Source: Hyphomicrobiaceae bacterium
GTDB lineage: Bacteria > Pseudomonadota > Alphaproteobacteria > Rhizobiales > Hyphomicrobiaceae
NCBI GenBank assembly: GCA_030655135.1
Contig: JAURWC010000042.1
Coordinates: 128,553-192,552 of the forward strand
Direction: 5' to 3'
Length of the DNA: 64,000 nucleotides
Shown here: one piece after another, positions 1-10,901 of the stretch
Layout of the letters: every line of letters starts with the position of its first letter
Position numbering within the stretch: position 1 is the first letter of the stretch
The notes under the pieces: generated by a model
What the model saw: only the letters and a program-made list of their open reading frames with translations
Databases searched by the model: none
Told to the model about the DNA's origin: nothing
Translations under genes and position numbers: made by a program

Positions 1-1
1 G

Positions 2-667
2 GCTAATAGCGGCGGGTATGCACGGGTTCTTGCGGGCCAGAGCTTCCATCTGGGCGGAGAGAATTCGTTCGCTGATCCTGGGATCGATCCCGATGGCGTT
101 CCGGTTTTTTCGCCAATCACCGGCTTGCAGAATGATCGCTCTGACTATGTGCTCGGTTTCTACGTAGCGCCAACCGATATATTCCGCGTTATTTCGCAGA
201 CGCGGTTTGATGAGGACAGCTTGGATCTGCGCCGGGCTGACGTGTCGGCACGGTTCGCCTTCGGCCCGCTGACGACGCAGGCGACGTATACCTTCCAGGA
301 TGCCACGCTATATTATGACGAGAACCTCGGCGTGTCTGAGGATCCGCTCCGTCAGGATCAGCAAGACATAATTGCGTCGGCCGGTCTCAAGCTGTCCGAT
401 CGCTGGACCGTGTTCGGCGCCATGCGCTACGACCTCGATGATGGGCAGCGGCTTACCGACTCTATCCAGCTACGGTACGGCGACGAGTGCTTCGCTGTCA
501 GCCTCAGCTACAACGAGACGTTCATCATCGACCCGGAGAGAGAACTGGCGCCTGATCAAACGGTTATGCTGCGCTTTGAGTTCAAGAACCTGGGCGAGTA
601 CAAGTACAAGACCGACGCACTGGATCACACCTATGGGACCGACGATAAGTCGGCGTTTAACCAGTAA
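2..667 (+). CDS. lptD: LPS-assembly outer membrane protein LptD, C-terminal part (5' end lies outside window)
   Basis: Frame is open from the window edge. C-terminal barrel-like sequence (...QLRYGDECFAVSLSYNETF...). Conserved lptD-surA-pdxA-rsmA order follows. Confidence 0.75.
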   Translation, partial: ANSGGYARVLAGQSFHLGGENSFADPGIDPDGVPVFSPITGLQNDRSDYVLGFYVAPTDIFRVISQTRFDEDSLDLRRADVSARFAFGPLTTQATYTFQDATLYYDENLGVSEDPLRQDQQDIIASAGLKLSDRWTVFGAMRYDLDDGQRLTDSIQLRYGDECFAVSLSYNETFIIDPERELAPDQTVMLRFEFKNLGEYKYKTDALDHTYGTDDKSAFNQ

Positions 668-790
668 GGTGCCACGTCTGCGCCACGGTTCATGTGGATA
701 ACGGCCACAGCTTTAGCGGCAATTCGCATAATATTGGTGCCTCCGCTTGAGTCGTGAGCTGCACCCGCGATCAGGAACCATCGCGCCGTC

Positions 791-2149
791 ATGAGAAGAT
801 TACGCCATATCCGCGCTTCAGCCTGCGTTGTGCTTTTGACAGGCGCCTTCGCTTGGACGGCGTCAGCGCAGGATTTCCCAACGGGGACGTGGAACGGCCC
901 CGCGGGCGGTGGAGCTGCGTCGCCGCCCCCCTCCCCGCTGCCAGGAAATCCGTTGCCCCCGGATGCGGGCGAAGCTCCTGCTGCGAAACCAAAACCGAAG
1001 CCGCGCGCGGCCAAGCCCAAGCCGGACAAGACAGCTGTCGTCAACGATACCGATGGCAACAAGCCAAGGGGCAAGAGCCGCGGGGGCAGCGACGAGAGCG
1101 CGCGCATCGTGGTGAAGGTCAACGACGAGCCGATTACGGCGCGCGAGATCTCGCAGCGCCAGCGCATCATGGGTGGCGCCGACATCCAGGACAAGGTGAA
1201 GGCGAACATGCAGCGCCTCATCAAGGATCCCAGCACGTCGGAAAAGCTGAAGGGCATCCTGAACGAGGTCGTCAAGGCGAACGAGGGCAAGTCGCGCGAC
1301 GAGATCATCGCCATCTTCGAAGCTCGCAAGAAGGCATTTGCGGTCGGGCTGCAGAAGCAGGCTGTCGAGAGCGCCCGCAACAGCGTGTCGCCCGCCGTGC
1401 GCAAAGGCGCCAAGGATGCCTTGATCGAAGAACGGTTGAAGCTGCAGGCCGCGAAGACGGCTGGCATCACGGTCAGCGACGAAGAAGTCGACAAGCAGGT
1501 CGGCGTCATTGCGCAGCGCAACAAGATGACGATCGCGGAGTTCGGCGAGCACCTGAAGGGCGCGGGCATCGATATCGCGACGATGAAATCGCGCACCAAA
1601 GCCGACCTTGCTTGGATGGAAGTGGTGCGCAAGAAGTTCGGCCACCAGATCGCCATCACGTCGCGCGACGTCGATCGCATTGTCGCTGCCGGTCCCGCGG
1701 GCGAAGATGGGACGGAGTTGCAGCTCCAGCGCATTTCGCTGCAGCTCTTGAACAAGGTCGATCAAAATGCTCTCGCCAAGCGCCAGCTCGAGGCGGAAGC
1801 GGCGCGGGCAAATTTCACCGGCTGCCAGCAGTCGGCGACGCTTGCGAACACCATCCCCGGCGCGCGCTTCGAAGATCTGGGATTGCGCAGCCCGGCTGCC
1901 GTTCCTGAGCCGACGCGTAGCCTGCTGCTGTCGGCGCGCGATGGCGAGATGCTGCCGCCCGCCGTGGGCACCGGCGGCATCGAGTTGTGGATCGTCTGCG
2001 GCCGCAAGGCCGTATCGGCCGACAAGCAGAAACGCGATGCGGCCGAAGACGAGGCGAAGCAAGCGGAGTTCTCGATCCTCGCCAAGAAGTATCTGCGGGA
2101 CCTGCGCCAGGATGCGGTGATCGACGATCGCGAAATCGGCGGCAGCTGA
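791..2149 (+). CDS. surA: Periplasmic chaperone SurA-like (degenerate parvulin domain) with a low-complexity N-terminal insert
   Basis: Signal peptide ending ...AWTASAQ. SurA_N-like helical region and a parvulin-like C-terminus. Stop overlaps the pdxA start (TGATG). Position between lptD and pdxA. Confidence 0.75.
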   Translation: MRRLRHIRASACVVLLTGAFAWTASAQDFPTGTWNGPAGGGAASPPPSPLPGNPLPPDAGEAPAAKPKPKPRAAKPKPDKTAVVNDTDGNKPRGKSRGGSDESARIVVKVNDEPITAREISQRQRIMGGADIQDKVKANMQRLIKDPSTSEKLKGILNEVVKANEGKSRDEIIAIFEARKKAFAVGLQKQAVESARNSVSPAVRKGAKDALIEERLKLQAAKTAGITVSDEEVDKQVGVIAQRNKMTIAEFGEHLKGAGIDIATMKSRTKADLAWMEVVRKKFGHQIAITSRDVDRIVAAGPAGEDGTELQLQRISLQLLNKVDQNALAKRQLEAEAARANFTGCQQSATLANTIPGARFEDLGLRSPAAVPEPTRSLLLSARDGEMLPPAVGTGGIELWIVCGRKAVSADKQKRDAAEDEAKQAEFSILAKKYLRDLRQDAVIDDREIGGS

Positions 2150-3192
2150 TGACCGCGCGCGACGTGACCGCACCTCTTGCGGTCAGCATGGGCGACCCTG
2201 CCGGCATCGGCCTGGACATCGCCTTGATGGCTTGGCGCGACCGGGCGGTTAAGGCCGTTCCCTCGTTCGTGATCTTTGGATGCACCGAAGCGCTGGCTGC
2301 ACGTGCCCGTCTGTTAGAGATAGATGCGCCTGTGGCGCCCATCGAAGCGTTGGATCAGGCCACTCATGTCTTCGCCAACGCCGTACCGGTTCGCCCCGTT
2401 CCGCTTTCCGGAGGCGTGACTGCGGGAAGGCCTTCCAGCTCGGCCGCGCCGGCGATCGTCGCGGCGATCGAGGCGGCGACCGCCAGCGTCGTTCAAGGCC
2501 AGGCGTCTGCTATCGTCACCTGCCCGATTGCGAAGTCCGTGTTGTATGACGCGGGCTTCACGCATCCCGGCCACACCGAATTTCTAGCCGCCCTGGCCGC
2601 GCGGCATGTTCCTGGACGTCATTATCTGCCCGTCATGATGCTTGCGTCGGATGCGCTGCGCGTGGTGCCGCTGACGATCCACATCCCGCTGGTCCGCGTG
2701 CCTGCTGCGATCACGCGGCAGCTGATTTTCGAGACGGTGCGCATCACATACGATGCCTTGGCAGGCGACTTCGGCATCGAGCACCCACGCATCGCCGTTT
2801 GCGGATTGAACCCGCATGCGGGCGAAGGCGGCAGCATTGGGCGCGAGGACGTCGACATCATCGCGCCGGCCATTGCCGAACTGCGCGCGGAAGGCTTGAC
2901 CGTCAGCGGGCCGCACTCGGCCGATACCCTATTCCATGCGGCGGCACGCAAGACGTATGACGCAGCTGTGTGCATGTATCACGATCAGGCACTGATCCCG
3001 ATCAAGACGCTTGCGTTCGATGAAGGCGTCAACGTCACACTCGGCTTACCGTTCGTGCGCACGTCGCCAGATCATGGCACGGCCTTTTCGATTGGGGGCA
3101 CGGGACAAGCGTCGCCTGAGAGTTTCATTGCTGCCTGCAAACTGGCTCATGAGATGAGCGCGCGGCGGCGGGCACGGGCGGGTTCACCATGA
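2149..3192 (+). CDS. pdxA: 4-hydroxythreonine-4-phosphate dehydrogenase
   Basis: Motifs [37 protein letters not shown]-track start 1987 trimmed to the ATG at 2149 abutting the surA stop. Confidence 0.9.
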   Translation: MTARDVTAPLAVSMGDPAGIGLDIALMAWRDRAVKAVPSFVIFGCTEALAARARLLEIDAPVAPIEALDQATHVFANAVPVRPVPLSGGVTAGRPSSSAAPAIVAAIEAATASVVQGQASAIVTCPIAKSVLYDAGFTHPGHTEFLAALAARHVPGRHYLPVMMLASDALRVVPLTIHIPLVRVPAAITRQLIFETVRITYDALAGDFGIEHPRIAVCGLNPHAGEGGSIGREDVDIIAPAIAELRAEGLTVSGPHSADTLFHAAARKTYDAAVCMYHDQALIPIKTLAFDEGVNVTLGLPFVRTSPDHGTAFSIGGTGQASPESFIAACKLAHEMSARRRARAGSP

Positions 3193-4085
3193 CGGCCGGC
3201 GACGACGCGGGCGCCGGAGTAACGGCAAGCAAGACGTCCGATGGTCTACCACCGCTGCGCGACGTGATCCGCGATCACGACATCGCCGCCAAGAAGAGCC
3301 TTGGCCAGAACTTCATTCTCGATCTCAATCTCACGCGCCGCATTGCGCGAACGGCGGGGGCACTGCCCGGGCGCACAATCGTTGAAGTAGGACCGGGCCC
3401 GGGCGGCTTGACGCGGGCGCTGCTCATGGAAGGCGCGGCGCACGTGATCGCAATCGAACGCGACGAACGCTGTCTCACGGCGCTCGCCGACATCGCCGCT
3501 GCCTATCCCGGCCGCTTGACCGTGCACCAGGGCGACGCGTTGCAAGCGGATTGGCCGGCGTTGATCGGCTCGCACGGTCCCGTCACCATTGCGGCCAACC
3601 TGCCGTACGCCATTGCGACAATGCTGCTGGTCGGCTGGCTGGAGACTGAGCCTTGGCCGCCGTGGTGGAACCGCATGACACTGATGTTCCAGAAAGAGGT
3701 CGCCGAGCGCATTGTCTCGGAGCCGGGCAGCAAGGCGTATGGACGGCTCTCCGTGCTGTCGCAGTGGCGCGCCAATGTGCGGATGGTGATGACGCTGCCG
3801 CCGGAGGCCTTCACGCCGCCGCCCAAGATTTCTTCGGCTGTCGTCGAGTTCAGTCCCCGTCCGGAAATGTCGCCCGCCTGTTCCGTAAAATCGCTCGGCA
3901 AGGTGACGGCTGCTGCCTTCGGCCAGCGCCGGAAAATGCTGCGGCAGAGCCTGAAGCAGCTGGGCTGCGACGCGGAGGCTTTGCTTGGCGCCGCTGGCAT
4001 CTCGCCTCAGTTGCGCGCCGAGCAGCTGTCGGTCAACGACTTCGCGCGACTCGCGTACGTGTGGGAACGGCTAGGCAGGGCCTAG
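3189..4085 (+). CDS. rsmA: 16S rRNA (adenine1518/1519-N6)-dimethyltransferase
   Basis: [21 protein letters not shown] (SAM site) and ANLPY motifs. ATGA overlap with pdxA. Confidence 0.9.
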   Translation: MTAGDDAGAGVTASKTSDGLPPLRDVIRDHDIAAKKSLGQNFILDLNLTRRIARTAGALPGRTIVEVGPGPGGLTRALLMEGAAHVIAIERDERCLTALADIAAAYPGRLTVHQGDALQADWPALIGSHGPVTIAANLPYAIATMLLVGWLETEPWPPWWNRMTLMFQKEVAERIVSEPGSKAYGRLSVLSQWRANVRMVMTLPPEAFTPPPKISSAVVEFSPRPEMSPACSVKSLGKVTAAAFGQRRKMLRQSLKQLGCDAEALLGAAGISPQLRAEQLSVNDFARLAYVWERLGRA

Positions 4086-4100
4086 AACTTTCTCGAACTC

Positions 4101-4766
4101 CTAAAGCCGCGATTGCAAGTCGCGGACGAAGTCGCTGAGCCCCAGCAGGCGCTCCCGCTTCAGGCGTTCCGCGGTCAGGATGGCCCGCAAGCCAGCGATG
4201 CTTTCTTCCAGGTGGGTGTTGACGATCACGTAATCGTATTCCGGCCAGTGGCTGATTTCGGCCGCAGCCTTCGACATGCGCGCGTCGACGACGTGTTTGG
4301 GATCTTGCGCGCGCGTGTGCAGACGGCGTTCCAGAACGTCGCCTGACGGCGGCAGCACGAAGACGCGGACGAGATCACCTGCAAGCTTTTCGGACAGCTG
4401 CTGGGCGCCCTGCCAGTCGATATCAAACAGGACGTCGTGGCCTTCGGAAATGGCGCGTTCGACGGCAGCGCGCGGCGTGCCGTAGGAGTTGTCGAAGACG
4501 CGTGCCCATTCCAGCAGTTCGCCGGATTCTCGGAGCCGATCGAATTCGGCCTGGTCGATGAAATGATAATCGCGGCCACCGACTTCGCCTGGCCGGCTCG
4601 GCCGCGTGGTCACGGACACCGAAAGGTGGATCCCCTTGTCGCTGTCGAGCAAGGCGCGCGCGAGCGTCGTTTTACCGGCGCCGGACGGCGACGAGAGCAC
4701 CAGCAGCAAGCCGCGGCGGGCGATGCGCGGTCCGATATGCGGGGTGTTGTGCGGTTCGTTACTCAA
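4101..4766 (-). CDS. gmk: Guanylate kinase
   Basis: P-loop SSPSGAGKTTL and the guanylate kinase pattern (TTRPSRPGEVGGRDYHF). Confidence 0.9.
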   Translation of the reverse strand: MSNEPHNTPHIGPRIARRGLLLVLSSPSGAGKTTLARALLDSDKGIHLSVSVTTRPSRPGEVGGRDYHFIDQAEFDRLRESGELLEWARVFDNSYGTPRAAVERAISEGHDVLFDIDWQGAQQLSEKLAGDLVRVFVLPPSGDVLERRLHTRAQDPKHVVDARMSKAAAEISHWPEYDYVIVNTHLEESIAGLRAILTAERLKRERLLGLSDFVRDLQSRL

Positions 4767-5646
4767 GGTTCTGCACCTGCTCGCGCATCTGATCGATGAC
4801 GACCTTCAGAGCCAACCCGGCCCGCGTGATATCGGGATCATTGGCCTTGGAACACAGCGTGTTGGCTTCGCGATTAAACTCCTGCGCGAGGAAATCGAAC
4901 TTGCGGCCGACGGCACCAGGCTCAGTGAGCAAATCGCGCGCAGCGGCGATGTGCATACGCAGTCGCCGCAGTTCTTCTTCCACGTCGGCGCGCGTAGCCA
5001 GCAGCACGGCTTCCTGATGCAGTCTTGCGGGATCAAAGCCGTTGTCGGCTTCGAGCAACCGGCCGACGAGCTCTTTCAACCGCTTGTTGATCGCATCGGG
5101 CGTGCGGGCTGGTGAAACCTCGACTGCCGTCACCAGACGTTCGATTTCGATCAGCTGGTCGGCGATGACCTCGGCGAGGCGCGCGCCTTCAGCGCTGCGA
5201 GCGGCCACGAGCCCGGCCAGCGCGTCCGTAAAGCTTACCAGAATCGCCGCGTGGGCCGCCTCGACAGCTTCCGGCGTGTCGCTCTCGTCGGCGACCTCAA
5301 GGACGCCCTTGAGGCTCAGCAGCCCTTCGGGACGTGCGGGTTCTCCGCCCGTCAACTCGCGAATGCGCTCCGCGGCCTTGATGACTTGCGCCAACGCGCC
5401 TTCGTTGAGCCGGATTTCGCTCTGAGCCGTCTGGCGGCCGACCGACAGGCTCACGGATACGCTGCCTCGCGTCAGTTCCTTGCCTGCTGCCTCGCGCACT
5501 TTCGGTTCCAGCGCTTCGTAGCCGGGCGAAAACCGCAGGCGGACATCGAGCCCGCGGCCGTTCACGCTGCGAACTTCCCAGTGCCAGGTGGCAGGGCCGG
5601 AGGTGCCGTCGCGGCGGGCGAAACCCGTCATACTCTTCAAGGTCAT
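4759..5646 (-). CDS. yicC: YicC-family stress-induced protein
   Basis: MTGFAR N-terminus and a C-terminal ...EFNREANTLCSKAND... block typical of YicC. 8-nt overlap with gmk. Confidence 0.85.
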   Translation of the reverse strand: MTLKSMTGFARRDGTSGPATWHWEVRSVNGRGLDVRLRFSPGYEALEPKVREAAGKELTRGSVSVSLSVGRQTAQSEIRLNEGALAQVIKAAERIRELTGGEPARPEGLLSLKGVLEVADESDTPEAVEAAHAAILVSFTDALAGLVAARSAEGARLAEVIADQLIEIERLVTAVEVSPARTPDAINKRLKELVGRLLEADNGFDPARLHQEAVLLATRADVEEELRRLRMHIAAARDLLTEPGAVGRKFDFLAQEFNREANTLCSKANDPDITRAGLALKVVIDQMREQVQNLE

Positions 5647-5716
5647 GAACAGCCTGAAGCGGTTGAAATGCGGGCTGATCTATATCGGGTTCGCGGGGTG
5701 CCAACAAGCCACGCGG

Positions 5717-7054
5717 TCAGCGCTTAGGTTTGCGGACCGGCAGCGGCACATTGGACGCGGTTGCTGCCTGTGCGGATGGCGTGGCCGTAGCTTCGGCGGC
5801 CGCCGGCGCATCATCCTCAGCCGGAGGGCTGGGCACGCCGCCGGGCGGCACCTCTCCGGGCTTGGCCGCGGTCGCGGCGGCTTCCGCCTTATCGGCCGCG
5901 GCCTCTTTGGCACGCATGTCGCGTTCGACCTTACGCCAGTTGGCCACGGCGTCGTTGTGCTCGTCGAGCGACGCGGAGAACTTGTGGCCGCCAGTGCCGT
6001 CGGCGACGAAGTACAGATCCGTCGATTTCGCCGGATTGAGCGTGGCTTCCAACGCAGGCCGTCCTGGGTTGCAGATCGGCCCCGGTGGGAGGCCGTTGAT
6101 CGTGTATGTGTTGTAGGCCGTCTTTTGCTCGATGTCGGCGCGCGTGATCGGCCGGCCGAGACTACCCTGCCCACCGACGATGCCGTAAATGATTGTGGGG
6201 TCGGACTGCAGCCGCATCGGCTTGCGGAGACGGTTGACGAAGACGGCGGCGACGCGCTGGCGCTCGTCGGCGCGGCCGGTTTCCTTCTCTACGATCGATG
6301 CCAACGTTACCGCCTTCTCGACGGAATCAATCGGTAGGCCTTCTTGCCGGCTTTCCCAAAGGTTGGCGATCAGCCGCTGCTGCTCGGCCTTCATGCGGTC
6401 GATGATTTCCTGACGCGCCATGCCCTTCGAAAAGCGATAGGTGTCAGGCAAAAGGGTACCTTCGGCCGGAACCTCGGTGATGTCGCCGGTCAAATTTGGC
6501 TCGGCCTTCAGGCGTTCGACGATCTGCTGGCTGGTCAGCCCTTCCGGCAGGGACACCTTGTAGAGGACAGATTTGCCCTGGGCGATGATCTCCACCACCT
6601 CGCGGATGCTGGCGTTCTTCTTGATTTCGTATTCGCCAGCCTTGAGCTCCAGATTCTTGCGGTCGCGGCCAATCCACGTCTGCATCAGGTGGCTGGCGAC
6701 AAAAGCCCAGCGGTTGGAGATGACGCCTTCGCGCTCCAGCCGCTCGGCAATCTCGATGCGGCCTTCGCCTTTGGGAATAGCGACCGTGCGCGACACCTCG
6801 AGCGGACCGGTCTTTTCATAGAGGTGGTAGAGCAGCGCCCCGGTTGCAGCCAGGGCACCCATGCCGAAAAGGCTCAACGTGAAGAGGCCGCTGAGGACAC
6901 GCACGAAACCGCTGACGCGCGTGGGCTCACCGCGGACCTTGCCCCCGCGGGGACGCGACGGCGCCCGTCCTGGCTCTAGAGCCTCCGACGGGCTGCGCGG
7001 GCGCATGTTTTGGCGATTGCCCAGGGACGGCGGCTTATCGCGGCGAACTGTCAT
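5717..7054 (-). CDS. mltG: Endolytic murein transglycosylase MltG (YceG family) with basic N-terminal and Ala/Pro-rich C-terminal tails
   Basis: N-terminal TM anchor. YceG blocks (...LASIVEKETG..., ...LQSDPTIIYG..., ...YNTY...GLPPGPICNPG...). Confidence 0.85.
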   Translation of the reverse strand: MTVRRDKPPSLGNRQNMRPRSPSEALEPGRAPSRPRGGKVRGEPTRVSGFVRVLSGLFTLSLFGMGALAATGALLYHLYEKTGPLEVSRTVAIPKGEGRIEIAERLEREGVISNRWAFVASHLMQTWIGRDRKNLELKAGEYEIKKNASIREVVEIIAQGKSVLYKVSLPEGLTSQQIVERLKAEPNLTGDITEVPAEGTLLPDTYRFSKGMARQEIIDRMKAEQQRLIANLWESRQEGLPIDSVEKAVTLASIVEKETGRADERQRVAAVFVNRLRKPMRLQSDPTIIYGIVGGQGSLGRPITRADIEQKTAYNTYTINGLPPGPICNPGRPALEATLNPAKSTDLYFVADGTGGHKFSASLDEHNDAVANWRKVERDMRAKEAAADKAEAAATAAKPGEVPPGGVPSPPAEDDAPAAAEATATPSAQAATASNVPLPVRKPKR

Positions 7055-7217
7055 AACCGGCCTACGCTCGACTTACTATTCCGCGGCATCCTGCGTGAGA
7101 TTCCTTTGCAGCTGGTCATGAGTCATCACCGCGTAGGCTACGACATCCTGCGCTGCACCAAGCTACCGAAAATTATGGCAAAAGACCGGAGGCCGCCAGG
7201 GCTTTCCGGTGTCGTTA

Positions 7218-8486
7218 TCAGGCCGCCCGGCGCAGAATCAGCGACGCGTTTGTGCCGCCGAAGCCGAACGAGTTCGACAACACCGTATCGATCTTCATTT
7301 TCTTGGCCGTATGCGGGACCAGATCGATCGCCGTGCTGACAGACGGGTTGTCCAGGTTCAGCGTCGGCGGGGCGATGTTGTCGCGAATTGCGAGGATCGA
7401 GAAAACGGCCTCAACAGCGCCGGCTGCACCCAACAGGTGGCCCACGGCTGACTTCGTCGACGACATGGCGATCTTGGCTGCTGCATTGCCGAACAACCGC
7501 TCGACTGCGCCCAATTCGATTTCGTCGCCCATCGGCGTCGAAGTGCCGTGTGCATTCACGTAGTCGATGTCGCTGACGTCAATCTCGGCGCGCTTCAGAG
7601 CAGCCTTCATGCAACGGAAGGCGCCGTCGCCCGTCTCTTCGGGCGCGGTGATGTGATAGGCGTCGCCCGAAAGGCCGTAGCCGATGACTTCAGCGTAGAT
7701 CCTGGCGCCGCGTGCTTTGGCGTGATCGTAGTCTTCCAGGACAACGATACCGGCGCCCTCGCCCATGACGAAGCCGTCGCGATCCTTGTCGTAGGGCCGT
7801 GAGGCGCGCGTGGGGTCATCGTTGAAGCCGGTTGAAAGTGCGCGGCAAGCTGCGAACCCCGCAACCGCGATGCGGCAGATCGGGCTTTCCGCGCCGCCGG
7901 CGACCATCACGTCGGCGTCGCCCAGCGCGATCAGGCGCGCGGCGTCACCGATGGCATGCGAGCCGGTAGAGCACGCGGTGACGACTGCGTGGTTCGGGCC
8001 CTTCAGCTTGTGCTTGATGGAGACTTGGCCGGACGCCAGGTTGATCAGACGGCCCGGAATGAAGAAGGGCGAAACGCGGCGCGGACCCTTTTCCTTGAGC
8101 AGGATGGACGTATCGGCGATGCCCGACAGGCCGCCGATGCCGGAGCCGATCAAAACACCCGTACGCTCCTGCTGCTCCTGCGTCTCCGCCTTGTAGCCGG
8201 AATCGGCAAGGGCCTGATCGGCTGCGGCGACGGCGAAGATAATGAAGTCGTCGACCTTGCGCTGGTCCTTCGGCTCCATCCAATCGTCGGCGTTGAACTT
8301 ACCTTCCGAGGCGGGGCCGCGCGGCACGAAGCAGGCGATCTGCGCCGACATGTCGTCGACCTGGAATTCCGTGATACGGCGCGCACCATTCTTGCCGGCC
8401 AAGAGGTTCGCCCAAGCAGCTTCGACACCTGATCCGACCGGCGTAACCAGCCCAAGGCCTGTAACAACCACGCGCCGCAGCTTCAT
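7218..8486 (-). CDS. fabF: 3-oxoacyl-ACP synthase II
   Basis: Active-site Cys (VVTACSTGSHAIG) and catalytic His motifs (NAHGTSTP, KSAVGHLLGAAG). Lies in the fab cluster. Confidence 0.95.
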   Translation of the reverse strand: MKLRRVVVTGLGLVTPVGSGVEAAWANLLAGKNGARRITEFQVDDMSAQIACFVPRGPASEGKFNADDWMEPKDQRKVDDFIIFAVAAADQALADSGYKAETQEQQERTGVLIGSGIGGLSGIADTSILLKEKGPRRVSPFFIPGRLINLASGQVSIKHKLKGPNHAVVTACSTGSHAIGDAARLIALGDADVMVAGGAESPICRIAVAGFAACRALSTGFNDDPTRASRPYDKDRDGFVMGEGAGIVVLEDYDHAKARGARIYAEVIGYGLSGDAYHITAPEETGDGAFRCMKAALKRAEIDVSDIDYVNAHGTSTPMGDEIELGAVERLFGNAAAKIAMSSTKSAVGHLLGAAGAVEAVFSILAIRDNIAPPTLNLDNPSVSTAIDLVPHTAKKMKIDTVLSNSFGFGGTNASLILRRAA

Positions 8487-8605
8487 GCCGTTATCCCGCT
8501 ATTCGTTGTCAAAACGACCGCGACGGGTGCCGCGGATTGGTCAGACGGCGCCGCGCCCTGTTCGAGCACGACGCCGTTGTATCATTCCAAAAGATCAGCC
8601 CGGGC

Positions 8606-8854
8606 TTAAGCCGCGCTGGTGGAAGCGTTCTTCTCGAGGAATTTCACGGCGTCGCCGACCGTGAGGATGTGCTCGGCGGCATCATCCGGGATCTCGCAGC
8701 CAAATTCTTCTTCGAAGGCCATGACCAGCTCGACGGTGTCCAAGCTGTCAGCGCCAAGGTCGTCGATGAAAGAGGCATTCTCGGTCACTTTTTCGGCTTC
8801 GACGCCCAAGTGCTCAACCACAATTTTCTTAACGCGCTCAGCGACGTCGCTCAT
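8606..8854 (-). CDS. acpP: Acyl carrier protein
   Basis: 82 aa with the [21 protein letters not shown] phosphopantetheine-attachment motif. Confidence 0.95.
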   Translation of the reverse strand: MSDVAERVKKIVVEHLGVEAEKVTENASFIDDLGADSLDTVELVMAFEEEFGCEIPDDAAEHILTVGDAVKFLEKNASTSAA

Positions 8855-9115
8855 CGTAAGTTCCTCGTGTCTCTTATATCTGATGTCAGATCGGTTCTAG
8901 TTCAGGTCTTGGTCTTGGCGCTAGCACTTCGAGGCGCTTCGCTTGCAACGACATTCCAGACGGGCCGCAACCCTGGTTCCATACCGCGTCAGCGCCTTGA
9001 GCGTTAGGGCTTTTTGAAGCGCTTCGCAGCAAAAAACGAGGCTCGTTAACACACTTCTCTTGCCAAGGCCAAGCCCTTGCGGCAGCCGGCCGGGCAACAA
9101 GATTACCGCGCCACC

Positions 9116-9859
9116 TCAGACCATCAGCATTCCGCCGTTGATATGAAGGGTTTGACCGGTGATGTAACCGCCCGCGTCGGAGGCCAAGTAGAGGGCACCC
9201 AGCGCGATATCGTCAGGCGTACCAAAGCGTTGCGCGGGGATCATCTTGGAGATTTCCTCGGTCTGCTTTTCGTTCAGGGCGTCCGTCATCGCCGTCTTGA
9301 TGAAACCGGGTGCGATACAATTTGCCGTGATGCCGCGCGAGCCGACTTCGCGAGCCAGCGATTTCGTCATGCCGATCATTCCGGCTTTTGAGGCGGCGTA
9401 GTTGCCCTGGCCCGGATTGCCGATCACGCCCGACACGGACGAAATGTTGATGATGCGGCCATAACCCGTCTTCGCGCGCATCATGGCGCGAGCGGCTGCC
9501 CGCATCAGCATAAACGTCGACGTCAGGTTTACTGCGATGACGTCATCCCATTGCTCGTCCTTCATCACCATGAACAGGTTGTCCTTGGTGAGACCTGCGT
9601 TGTTGACGAGAATATCTACTCGGCCAAGCTTGGCGGTCGCGACATCGATCAGCTTGCCGACGCTGGCACGATCGGCGAGGTCGCACGGAGTGACATGCAC
9701 GCGCTCGCCCAGTTCCGCGGCCAACTTGTCGAGCTTCTCGACCTGGCGGCCGGAAATGGCAACTGTGGCGCCGGCCTTGTGCAGCGTGCGCGCGATCGCT
9801 TCGCCGATGCCGCCGGTTGCGCCTGTCACGAGCGCGTTGCGGCCGTTCAAATCAAACAT
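9116..9859 (-). CDS. fabG: 3-oxoacyl-ACP reductase
   Basis: SDR motifs TGATGGIGEAIA, NNAG, YAASKAG. Lies in the fab cluster. Confidence 0.95.
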   Translation of the reverse strand: MFDLNGRNALVTGATGGIGEAIARTLHKAGATVAISGRQVEKLDKLAAELGERVHVTPCDLADRASVGKLIDVATAKLGRVDILVNNAGLTKDNLFMVMKDEQWDDVIAVNLTSTFMLMRAAARAMMRAKTGYGRIINISSVSGVIGNPGQGNYAASKAGMIGMTKSLAREVGSRGITANCIAPGFIKTAMTDALNEKQTEEISKMIPAQRFGTPDDIALGALYLASDAGGYITGQTLHINGGMLMV

Positions 9860-9872
9860 GACTTCTCGTTCC

Positions 9873-10823
9873 TCAAGAGTTCAGGAGACCGGCCAGCGCA
9901 GCGTCGAAATCCGCCGGTGTACCGATGCTCGTTGCATTCAGATTCTTCTCGACGCGCTTGACGATGCCCGCGAGCACCTTGCCGGTGCCAATCTCGTAGA
10001 CATCCGTGACGCCGTTCGCTGTCATGTACGACACACTCTCGCGCCAGCGTACGGTGCCGGTTACCTGCTCGATCAGCCGCTTGCGGATCTCGGCCGGATC
10101 ACTGATCGCGGCGGCGAGCACGTTGCAGACCAGCGGAACGGCCGGGGTCTGGATTTCGACGTTGCTCAGGGCTTCGGCCATTGCGTCTGCTGCAGGTTGC
10201 ATCAGCGCGCAATGGAAGGGTGCGGAGACCGGTAGCGGCACGGCGCGGCGAACGCCGAGCGGCTTGCCGAGTTCCGGAACGCGCTCCAGCGCTGTCTTGT
10301 GGCCCGACAGCACGACTTGCGTGGGTTCGTTGTCGTTGGCGATCTGGCAGACGTCGCCTTGGGCGGCGGCTTCCGCGACCTTGATCGCAACATCGAGACC
10401 GACGCCGAGCAGCGCGTACATTGCGCCCTGCCCCACTGGCACAGCAGCCTGCATGGCCTTGCCGCGCAGCTTGAGAAGCTTGGCCGTATCGGTCAGCGTG
10501 AAAGCGCCGGCGGCTGCAAGGGCCGAGTATTCCCCGAGCGAGTGACCGGCGACGAACTTCACGCGATCCTTGAGGGAAAAGCCCTTCTCGCGCTCCAGCA
10601 CGCGCATGACGGCCATCGAGACCGCCATCAGTGCGGGCTGCGCGTTTTCAGTGAGGGTCAGTTCGTCCTTCGGGCCGTCCCACATGAGCTTGGACAGGTT
10701 CTGGCCCAGTGCTGCGTCGACCTCGTCGAAGACCTCGCGGGCAGCGGGAAACGTCTCGGCCAGCTCGCGGCCCATACCGACATCCTGGCTGCCCTGCCCG
10801 GGAAATACGAATGCGATCGCCAT
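9873..10823 (-). CDS. fabD: Malonyl CoA-ACP transacylase
   Basis: FPGQGSQ and GHSLGEYSAL motifs. Start set at the second ATG (MAIAFVFPGQGSQ); an ATG at 10835 is an alternative. Confidence 0.9.
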   Translation of the reverse strand: MAIAFVFPGQGSQDVGMGRELAETFPAAREVFDEVDAALGQNLSKLMWDGPKDELTLTENAQPALMAVSMAVMRVLEREKGFSLKDRVKFVAGHSLGEYSALAAAGAFTLTDTAKLLKLRGKAMQAAVPVGQGAMYALLGVGLDVAIKVAEAAAQGDVCQIANDNEPTQVVLSGHKTALERVPELGKPLGVRRAVPLPVSAPFHCALMQPAADAMAEALSNVEIQTPAVPLVCNVLAAAISDPAEIRKRLIEQVTGTVRWRESVSYMTANGVTDVYEIGTGKVLAGIVKRVEKNLNATSIGTPADFDAALAGLLNS

Positions 10824-10901
10824 CGGCCCGCCCATTGTTGTTGGTTGCCGGGCAGAAACACGGGGGCGGGGGTTAAGTCAAGAGTGGGGGCAGCCAAAGG
10901 C

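Noticed and set aside
8487-9115. Spacers around acpP examined for attenuators.
   Set aside because: They contain short palindromes (gcccgggc, gaagcgcttc) but no stem-plus-U-tract structure strong enough to annotate.
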